The notes below the pieces were generated by a model. The model saw only the letters and a program-made list of their open reading frames with translations, searched no databases and was not told where the DNA came from. The position numbers and the translations under genes are program-made. From NCBI GenBank assembly GCA_016191015.1, contig JACPPM010000200.1:21954-85953 (forward strand): 64,000 bases of DNA, read 5' to 3'. Position 1 is the first letter of the stretch; each line of letters starts with the position of its first letter. This DNA comes from Acidobacteriota bacterium (GTDB lineage: Bacteria > Acidobacteriota > CAIWXX01). Below are positions 30,769 through 38,019 of this stretch, piece by piece.

Positions 30769-31001
30769 GTCGCGTGATTTCGCCGTCATGACGCACTGCG
30801 TCACAGGTCGAATTGGTGCCATCGAATTCACCAGCCGCGGGTTGCCTCCGTGCTCTGTCGCGTGATCGTAAATAATTGATTCTTCGACATACATAAAATA
30901 AATTTGTGATAAAGAGAGTGGCCTGAAATCCCCTTTATAGGGGATTCTTTGGTGGGCGGGCGCTATTTGACCGGCGTCGGCCGACGTCCTATGTAGGTGG
31001 C

Positions 31002-31307
31002 ATGCGACGCGATACGCACGCTGCTACCCCGCACCGCAGGACTGAGCCGCGCGACGCGGACCGCCTCGTCTCGACGGCCGAAGCCGCCGCATACCTGGGT
31101 ATCAGCGCACAACACATGCGCGCCATGCGGTCCGCCGGCACAGGGCCCGAGTACCACCGGTACTGCGCCGTCGGGACCCGTGGCCGGGCGTATTATCGGT
31201 TGAGTGCCATCGAGTCATGGCTCGCGGCCAGGCGCCACCACTCGACGGCCGACGAGGAGGCCCTGGCGGCGCCCGCCCCACCCTCAAATAACTATCCGGA
31301 GGATTGA
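31002..31307 (+). CDS. Excisionase/AlpA-like HTH DNA-binding protein
   Basis: Signature LVSTAEAAAYLGISAQHMRAMRSAG. First gene inside attL, preceded by an AT-rich region. Confidence 0.6.
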   Translation: MRRDTHAATPHRRTEPRDADRLVSTAEAAAYLGISAQHMRAMRSAGTGPEYHRYCAVGTRGRAYYRLSAIESWLAARRHHSTADEEALAAPAPPSNNYPED

Positions 31308-31308
31308 G

Positions 31309-31407
31309 ATGCCGACACAGAGACACAGCGAGTACGTGCTGATCGGGGCACTCCCCGACGACCCCACCGACTACGACCACGAGACCGTGGATTGCTGGGA
31401 CCGATGA
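31309..31407 (+). CDS. Small ORF (32 aa), translationally coupled to the helicase gene
   Basis: GGAGG ribosome-binding site upstream. Its stop overlaps the next gene's start (ATGA). No homology was assessed. Confidence 0.35.
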   Translation: MPTQRHSEYVLIGALPDDPTDYDHETVDCWDR

Positions 31408-32294
31408 CCACGGACCCCCTCGATGGCAGCCTCGCGAGACGTGTCCCGATCTCGCTGCGGGCCCTCGTCGACGCGTCGCTGCCCCCACTCGATTACGTCT
31501 TGCCCGGTATGCTTGCTGGGACCGTTGGCGCACTGATCTCGCCGGGCGGCGTCGGGAAGAGCTGGTGGGCTCTCCAGGCGTCCGTCTATCTCGCCGGCGG
31601 CCCCGACATACTTGGACTGGACGATCCCAGAGCCCGGCAGCTTCGCCCGGGTCCCGTCGTCTATCTCGCAGCCGAAGACCCCGAGCTGCCCTTGCTGTAC
31701 CGTCTCCAGGCCCTCGCGCGGATGATGGACGATGCCACTCTCGACCGCGTGGATCGCAACCTCCACGTCATCCCGCTCCTTGGGGAATCGCTCGATGTGA
31801 TGACGCCACCTTATCGGCAGGCACTCACCCACTATGCGAAGGGCACGCGGCTCATTGTGATCGACACCCTCCGCCGCGCGCACACCCTCGACGAAAATTC
31901 GAGTGGCGACATGGCCCGTCTCCTGGCTGTCCTAGACCAGGTCGCCGTCACAAGCAACTCGGGTGTGCTCTATCTGCACCACACCACGAAGAGCGCGGCC
32001 CTGTCGGGCCAGGGCGACCTGCAGCAGGCCGCACGCGGATCGTCCGTCCTCGTCGACAACATTAGATGGCAGGCATACGTCTCGGGGATGTCCGAGGCAG
32101 AGGCCGACCGGTACGGGATCACCGACGAGGATCGACGGCTCTACGTCCGAGCCGGCGTAGCCAAGATCAACTACGGTGCTCCTCTACCTGAGCGGTGGTA
32201 CCGTCGTGATGAGAGAGGCATCCTGCGGCCAGCCGATCTCCGTCCGATAGCTACTCGGACGAGGAGGACGCGGCAGGAGGCCCTCTCCGTATGA
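31404..32294 (+). CDS. RecA-like AAA_25 ATPase (RepA-helicase-like replication protein)
   Basis: Walker A SPGGVGKSWWAL and Walker B LIVIDTL. Resembles phage/plasmid RepA-like helicases. Confidence 0.7.
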   Translation: MTTDPLDGSLARRVPISLRALVDASLPPLDYVLPGMLAGTVGALISPGGVGKSWWALQASVYLAGGPDILGLDDPRARQLRPGPVVYLAAEDPELPLLYRLQALARMMDDATLDRVDRNLHVIPLLGESLDVMTPPYRQALTHYAKGTRLIVIDTLRRAHTLDENSSGDMARLLAVLDQVAVTSNSGVLYLHHTTKSAALSGQGDLQQAARGSSVLVDNIRWQAYVSGMSEAEADRYGITDEDRRLYVRAGVAKINYGAPLPERWYRRDERGILRPADLRPIATRTRRTRQEALSV

Positions 32295-32298
32295 CGCG

Positions 32299-33423
32299 GT
32301 GCGGCACGGAGACGGGAGGCCAGACATGAGCGGACGCCCCACAACGCAAACCGATCACGCCCGGCACCACCCCGCGCACTGCATGGCGCCAGGGTTGTTT
32401 CGATCACTGAAGGGCCGGAGTCGCACGGACCGCCCCGCCCTCGACATCAGATACACCTGGGGCGACGCTGAGTACCACTTCCTTGGCGTGGCACTTGGGG
32501 TCGAGGACATGCGTGTCTTACAGGCGCTGACCGCGATCGCGGGTGTGCGCGGTCTACAGCTCCCGCACGAGTCGACTCGGCCGCGAGACCCGCACTGGGA
32601 GCGTCTGCGCCGCACACTCGAGGATACGCCTGCCGACGGCAGTCCGCGGGACCACCGCTCCGCTACCGCTGCGGCTCTCGTGACGAGTCGCTATCGTCTA
32701 GCGGTCGAGGCCGGCTGGGAACCGCACTCCGCCCGCCGCATGCACCTCCTGCTGGAGGCGCTGGAGCGCCTTGGCGCGATCTCGCTCTACGTCACGCACG
32801 GCGCCAAGATCACGGGTCCGTACCGGCTGCTCGCCTTTTTGCTTGATCGAGACACCGACAGACTGCTGATCGCTCTCAACCCGCACATCGCCGCCACAAT
32901 CCTCGGCACCATACCCAGCGTGGCCTATGTCTCGCTCGTCGAGGCACGCGCGCTCACAACCGACCCCAGCCGCCTGCTGCACCAGTGGCTATCCGCGTGG
33001 ATCGGACCCGGCCAAGCGCGCCTCATCTCTATCGACGCAATCTGCTCGCATATCTGGCCCGACAGGGCCACGGACCGGAAGCTACGTGATCGGCGTCTCA
33101 AGGCCCGGGCCAGTCTCGACGAGATCGCCGCACTACCGTACTGGCAGGTCACCCCCCTCCGTCCTGACACCTGGCGCATTTCGCGCCGACGGGGCCTCCC
33201 CTCCGTCGGGGTGTACCGACATCGTCGTTGGGGTGTACCGGCATCGACGTTGGGGTGTACCGGCATCGACGCCCCCCCAGATGCCCATCCGCATCACAGC
33301 CGCTACCAGCGCGGGTCCCAGCCACCAGCGTCACTACCGGACGAAACCGCTCTAGTAGATACTAGAGAGTATCTAGGGCGCGAGGCCCTGGATGACCTCG
33401 CGCCCTCTGGGCCATGGAGATGA
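32299..33423 (+). CDS. Putative replication initiator-like protein holding internal iterons
   Basis: No recognizable catalytic motif. Placed between helicase-like and primase-like genes, and its 3' end holds three 22-bp direct repeats. Confidence 0.4.
   Translation: MRHGDGRPDMSGRPTTQTDHARHHPAHCMAPGLFRSLKGRSRTDRPALDIRYTWGDAEYHFLGVALGVEDMRVLQALTAIAGVRGLQLPHESTRPRDPHWERLRRTLEDTPADGSPRDHRSATAAALVTSRYRLAVEAGWEPHSARRMHLLLEALERLGAISLYVTHGAKITGPYRLLAFLLDRDTDRLLIALNPHIAATILGTIPSVAYVSLVEARALTTDPSRLLHQWLSAWIGPGQARLISIDAICSHIWPDRATDRKLRDRRLKARASLDEIAALPYWQVTPLRPDTWRISRRRGLPSVGVYRHRRWGVPASTLGCTGIDAPPDAHPHHSRYQRGSQPPASLPDETALVDTREYLGREALDDLAPSGPWR
33208..33273 (+). repeat. Three tandem 22-bp iteron-like repeats (ggggtgtaccgRcatcgWcgYY)
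   Basis: Units at 33208-33229, 33230-33251 and 33252-33273. The 22-bp period is not a multiple of 3, so this is a DNA-level repeat. Followed by a C7 run. Confidence 0.7.
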
Positions 33424-34220
33424 GGCGTCAGCTCGCGTGGTACGACTCCGTGGGCGTGGACCGGTTCGATATCGCCGTCTCTCTGAGCGCCGACAACAGC
33501 GACGGCATGATCTGGCACCGCGACATCACCGCCGATCGAGTCATCGCGCTCAGACCCTTCGCCGCGGCGCGCAACGCCGCTGGCGCGAACATCTACGTCC
33601 GGCCGGCTCGTGGTCACGACTGGCCGGTTCTCCTGCTCGATGACATCACTCGCTCTTGGGCGGATCGGATCCAGCGCGCCCGCGCCTGCTGCCTGGTCGA
33701 GACCAGTGCCGCCAATCACCAGGCGTGGATCCACTGCGCTCGTTCCCTGGATGAGCCGGAGCGGTGCGCGTGCCAGCGCGCGATCGCAACCAAGATCGGT
33801 GCGGATATCGGCTCGGTCAGTGGGGAGCACCTCGGCCGCCTCGCAGGCTACCGGAACAACAAACCCGGGCGCGGAGGGCACTGGGTACGCATCCATGCGA
33901 TCGGCGCCGGCCCAGCGTGGGATCCGTCGCGCGTCCTCGCCGCTCAGAGTCCCGGCGATCTCCCGCAGCCGACTCCACCCCCAGGGGGGGCTGTGGTTCA
34001 CGGCGGCGGCGGACCGGATGAGAGCGCCGACGAGTGGGGCTATGTATGCGGCCGGCTGACGTGGCTACGCGACTCGCACGCCTCGGACTCACGCATCACG
34101 GCCGAGCTCGCGGCGATGTCGGCGCAGCTGGAGCGACGCGCGGTCGCACGCCACAAAGCAAAGCCGGCACAGTACGCGGCCCGCACCGTCGCCAACGCAC
34201 GCCGGAGGATCGGGGTGTGA
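33414..34220 (+). CDS. Putative primase/replication protein (RepB'-like)
   Basis: Motifs NIYVRPARGHDWPVLLLDDI and QAWIH. Start overlaps the upstream stop. Assignment is tentative. Confidence 0.4.
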   Translation: MEMRRQLAWYDSVGVDRFDIAVSLSADNSDGMIWHRDITADRVIALRPFAAARNAAGANIYVRPARGHDWPVLLLDDITRSWADRIQRARACCLVETSAANHQAWIHCARSLDEPERCACQRAIATKIGADIGSVSGEHLGRLAGYRNNKPGRGGHWVRIHAIGAGPAWDPSRVLAAQSPGDLPQPTPPPGGAVVHGGGGPDESADEWGYVCGRLTWLRDSHASDSRITAELAAMSAQLERRAVARHKAKPAQYAARTVANARRRIGV

Positions 34221-34287
34221 CCCAGATGTAATCACGATCGACTTGCGCTTCTTTGCACATCATCATCAACGTCGGAGGGCAGCTCTA

Positions 34288-34500
34288 ATGGGATTCGAGT
34301 TCGAGGAAGAGACGAAGGAAACCACCAAAGCAATCAACGTCCGCGTGCCCCTGAGCCTATGCGCTGACTACGAGTCGGAGGCAACAGCTCGTAATACAAC
34401 TGTGAGCAATCTGATCGTCCAGGCGATGCGGTTTGCAATACGAGAGGCACAACGGCACAGACGACAGACTGCGAAGCCTGCGGCACACCGGGAGAGCTAA
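34288..34500 (+). CDS. Ribbon-helix-helix (CopG/Arc-like) DNA-binding protein
   Basis: About 70 aa with a beta-strand and two helices (KAINVRVPLSLCADYESEATARNTTVSNLIVQAMRFAI). GGAGGG ribosome-binding site upstream. Confidence 0.5.
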   Translation: MGFEFEEETKETTKAINVRVPLSLCADYESEATARNTTVSNLIVQAMRFAIREAQRHRRQTAKPAAHRES

Positions 34501-34687
34501 CCGATGACTCCGGAATTCCGGACCGGGAAGGACCCGCTTTGCGGGGGCAAGTTATCGTGTCCACTGCGTGTCCACATCACTGTTGTTTTTGCTTGGCGCT
34601 ACAGCACAAATCGCGTGGACAAATCCGGCCGCAGCATGCGGCGGAATGCGGAAGAGCTAAGTAGCTGATCCCAGGAAAGGGGACAAA

Positions 34688-35221
34688 GTGTCCACAAACA
34701 AGACAGTGCGGCGTCACGAGGTCCGGGCGCGTCTCACGGACGAGGAGTACGGCGCGGTAGCGCATCTCGCGCAGGAGTCCGGGCTCTCGCAGGCGGATGT
34801 CTTGCGGAGGCTCGTCCTCACGCACTCAAAGCGAAAGTGGGAGCGCGCCGCAGCGGGCGAAATAGAGCAGATGACAACCGATGTTGAGGCGCTGAGCAAG
34901 CGCGTCGAAGCGCTCCACAGCAGGCTCGGCGGTGTGGAGCATGGACTCATGGCAGGCATCGAGACCTTGTCAAAGGACATCGTCATCGCGCGGAACGCCG
35001 CCCTCGAAGTCCAGGCGGCGCGCGGAGGAAGCGGCAAGACTGCCCAAGCAATCGAGGCCGGCATCCAGGATCTCTCCGCAGCGGTCCGGGAGCTGATACG
35101 CATTGACTCCCTGACCGCTCTCCGCGTCCAGGCGGTGGTCGATCTACACCCGAGTGAGACGGTCCGCCAGCGATTCGGGCAGTTGGTCGAGCAGGTCCGC
35201 GCCCAGGGAGGCGAAGTCTGA
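34688..35221 (+). CDS. mobC: MobC-family mobilization (relaxosome accessory) protein
   Basis: N-terminal RHH (VRARLTDEEYGAVAHLAQESGLSQADVLRRLV) followed by a helical C-terminus. GTG start. Confidence 0.65.
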   Translation: MSTNKTVRRHEVRARLTDEEYGAVAHLAQESGLSQADVLRRLVLTHSKRKWERAAAGEIEQMTTDVEALSKRVEALHSRLGGVEHGLMAGIETLSKDIVIARNAALEVQAARGGSGKTAQAIEAGIQDLSAAVRELIRIDSLTALRVQAVVDLHPSETVRQRFGQLVEQVRAQGGEV

Positions 35222-36570
35222 TGCCGATCGTTAAGGCCGGATTTTCGGCCGGCTTGCACGGCCGGGCATCGCCGGCATCCTGGGGTCGCCGCGTAGCATA
35301 TCTCGGCCGCGATCAGGATCAGGCCGCACTGCTCCTGGCGCGAGACGGCACGATCTCCAAGACCGGGGCGCTAGCAGAGCTGGGCGGTAAGCAGGCCGAG
35401 TATCACGAGGCGATCGTCGCGTGGACCCCAAATGAATGCCGCGCACTGGCCGAGCGATTCGGATCAGCCGAAGCGGCGAAGGAGGGGATCGCGAGGAGTA
35501 TCGCGCGCAACCTCGCGGGTGAAGACGGCCATTATGTCGTCGCGATCCACGCCAAACGCCTCAGCACCGGCGAGCAGGCGTGGCATCTCCACGTCGCCAT
35601 CCAGGGACGGGAGCCCGCGCAGTTTCTGGGCGCGAGAGGCCGGGCCCAGCGTGCCGTCGATGCCGCATGGCGCGAATGCGCCCCGAAGCTGCCGATCAAC
35701 GACTGGACCAAGCACGCCCAGTTTGTCTGCATTCGTGCGGAGCTTTGCGCTCTGCAGACCCAGCAGAATAAGCTCTCCGGCGAGCGACGCAACGCACTCC
35801 GGCGAGCGCGCGGGCCGGCAAAGCTCGAGGTCGACAAGGAGTATGCCAGCAAGATGCAGGCGCTTGTCGAGCGTCGCCATGCCCTCGAGCTTGCGGCCGC
35901 CCAAGCCCGGTACGATGCTCGCGGGATCGGCGGGGGCGCGGAGCACCTTGTGGAGATCGAGCGCGCCGACATGCGTCGAGCGCAGGCGCTCTCGGTCATC
36001 GAGCGCAGATCGGAGGCGGTCCGGGCGCGGGGTGGTGCACTGACCCGTACGGATCGCCTGTGGCGCTCCGCACGCGCACAGGACGCCGGCGTCGGCCGAG
36101 GTATCGCGGCCGCCCTACGGGGCGTCCAGCGCGCCCAGCGGGGCATATCTGCCGGGATATCAGGCATGGCCGCGTCGGCGGCGATGTCGGCTCTGCCTGC
36201 GCCCATGCGGGCGATGGTCACGCCATTCCGCCTGGCCGGCCGTCTGATGGCCACCACGACACAGCCGGCACAGCGGGACGTCGAGAGTCCGCTTGCGCCG
36301 CTCCGCGCGCTGCGCCCCGTCATGGCAGGACTACGGTGTGTCGTGCACCTGGGGTCCGCTGTGCTCGGGCCTGCTCTCGCGCCCGCCAAGATTCCAACGG
36401 AGGTCGTCAGCTCCCCACGCAGCGCGATCACCAATGCTGCCGAGCACGCCGCCGGAGCGGCCGTGGGAGTCGTCGGCGGACCCATAGCTGGTGGCGCTGC
36501 CAAGGCGCTGACCGCTGTTCTGCGGGTCCTGAGTTCCGCCCCCCAAGTCATCCAAGAAGTCGAGATATAA
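35221..36570 (+). CDS. Relaxase/mobilization nuclease
   Basis: Follows mobC with a TGATG overlap. His-rich motif HLHVAIQGRE plus an Ala-rich C-terminal tail. Family assignment is tentative. Confidence 0.55.
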   Translation: MPIVKAGFSAGLHGRASPASWGRRVAYLGRDQDQAALLLARDGTISKTGALAELGGKQAEYHEAIVAWTPNECRALAERFGSAEAAKEGIARSIARNLAGEDGHYVVAIHAKRLSTGEQAWHLHVAIQGREPAQFLGARGRAQRAVDAAWRECAPKLPINDWTKHAQFVCIRAELCALQTQQNKLSGERRNALRRARGPAKLEVDKEYASKMQALVERRHALELAAAQARYDARGIGGGAEHLVEIERADMRRAQALSVIERRSEAVRARGGALTRTDRLWRSARAQDAGVGRGIAAALRGVQRAQRGISAGISGMAASAAMSALPAPMRAMVTPFRLAGRLMATTTQPAQRDVESPLAPLRALRPVMAGLRCVVHLGSAVLGPALAPAKIPTEVVSSPRSAITNAAEHAAGAAVGVVGGPIAGGAAKALTAVLRVLSSAPQVIQEVEI

Positions 36571-36592
36571 CGTCACGGAAAAGGAGTCACCA

Positions 36593-37117
36593 ATGAGCAC
36601 CCATGACCCGAATCCACCCCAAGGGGGGGCTGTGGTTCATCCGCGCGACAACATGTCGCCCCCATCGCCTCAGGCACTGGCTGCAGAAGAGAGGCGTTTG
36701 CGTCGATGGATCGATCAATGGTACCGAGATCGCGCGCCCGGCCGGTGCGCCCGATACGGATCCCAGATGCTGGATCCGGTGTGGCTGGAGATCGAGGCCA
36801 CGGACTGGGGCTGGTGCTCAGTGCCTCTCATCTCCGTGGCGGAGTCATGGCGTAGGCACGGCCTCACGCGGCGTCTCCTCCAGTACCTGGAGTCGTTGCG
36901 AGGGATGCGGACGATCATGGTGAGGAATGTTCACTCTGACCATCTCCGAGAGGCTCTGGCGCGCTACGGTTACACAGATCTCGGCGGCGGCACGCACTGG
37001 CGGCGAGATTTGAGGTCGCCGGCGTCTTGGCTGCGTGGTCTCGCCATGCTCCGTTCTTGGTCGCGCCAGGTGTCATCGCCAGGACTCAGGGCAGGCGATG
37101 TTGCGCGGCGTGACTGA
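36593..37117 (+). CDS. Hypothetical protein (possible GNAT-like fold)
   Basis: AAGGAG ribosome-binding site. Weak motif-A-like RRHGLTRRLLQYL. Confidence 0.35.
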   Translation: MSTHDPNPPQGGAVVHPRDNMSPPSPQALAAEERRLRRWIDQWYRDRAPGRCARYGSQMLDPVWLEIEATDWGWCSVPLISVAESWRRHGLTRRLLQYLESLRGMRTIMVRNVHSDHLREALARYGYTDLGGGTHWRRDLRSPASWLRGLAMLRSWSRQVSSPGLRAGDVARRD

Positions 37118-37182
37118 CCGCGGCCGGCGGCAGAGACGTGGGTAGTCCGGTCCGAACAACATTGCAGCAAGGAGGAGCACAG

Positions 37183-37788
37183 GTGGCGTCAGAAGAGATG
37201 AATCAATCAGCGGTTCGCTGTCCGAAATGCAACGAAGGAGAGATCGTCGAGCGCGACAAATTCTGGGGGTGCTCCCGATGGGGCCGAGACGCGGATGGTG
37301 CCGTGACGGGGTGCGACTTCAAAGTGTGGAAGGAAGTCGCACATGGAAAGATCACGGAAAAGGACCTGAGGGAACTGGTTGCGGGCGAAATAACGCGCAA
37401 GATCAAGATGCGCAACAAAGCTGGCAAGGATTTCGAGGCGCCGTTGCACCTGAACCAGGAGACGTGGCGGGTCGATTTCCTGTTTGGGGAGGATGTGAGC
37501 ACGACCAACGGCGGCCCGACGCCTGGGGCCGCGATCGGCGCTTGCCCTCAGTGCCATGAGGGGAGCGTGATCGCCTTCGGGGCCGGCTGGCAGTGCAGCC
37601 AATGCAGCTGGAAGCTGTGGCGGCGCAAGTGCGATGCGGAGCTCAGCGAGGATATGGCAAAGACCCTGATCTCCGGGGGCGTGACGCCGGTGCTCGCGAT
37701 GACGAGTCGCGAAGGAAAGAAATTCAAGGCGGCGATGTCCCTTAAAGAAGACGGATCGGTGGAGTTGCGATTCGAGGACGATCACTAG
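37183..37788 (+). CDS. Stand-alone tandem topoisomerase-type C4 zinc-ribbon protein (YrdD-like)
   Basis: Two CxxC..CxxC ribbons (CPKCNEGEIV...WGCSRW and CPQCHEGSVI...WQCSQCSW). AGGAGGA ribosome-binding site before the GTG at 37183. Confidence 0.55.
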   Translation: MASEEMNQSAVRCPKCNEGEIVERDKFWGCSRWGRDADGAVTGCDFKVWKEVAHGKITEKDLRELVAGEITRKIKMRNKAGKDFEAPLHLNQETWRVDFLFGEDVSTTNGGPTPGAAIGACPQCHEGSVIAFGAGWQCSQCSWKLWRRKCDAELSEDMAKTLISGGVTPVLAMTSREGKKFKAAMSLKEDGSVELRFEDDH

Positions 37789-37815
37789 CGCGCCGTGCCA
37801 GGACAAGGAGAAGTA

Positions 37816-38019
37816 ATGCTAATCCGCATCGAAGTCAATACAGCCGCCGAGGCAGACGAGGTCCTTGACGCGTTGCGTCATCGCTTCTGGGGCCGCATCC
37901 GGGAAGTCGCCCACACACCAGTGTGCCGAGATGTGTATCTGATGCCTCAAAGTGTCGAGGTGCCAGGCCGGGAGGGACGCACATGCAGAGCGGACAGGCA
38001 GGACGAATCGCAATCATGA
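37816..38019 (+). CDS. Small hypothetical protein
   Basis: 67 aa. Its stop overlaps the metzincin start (ATGA). Confidence 0.3.
   Translation: MLIRIEVNTAAEADEVLDALRHRFWGRIREVAHTPVCRDVYLMPQSVEVPGREGRTCRADRQDESQS

Noticed and set aside
33208-33273. Possible CRISPR-like array.
   Set aside because: Only three contiguous units, no spacers, located inside a coding region, and no cas genes. Interpreted as iterons.
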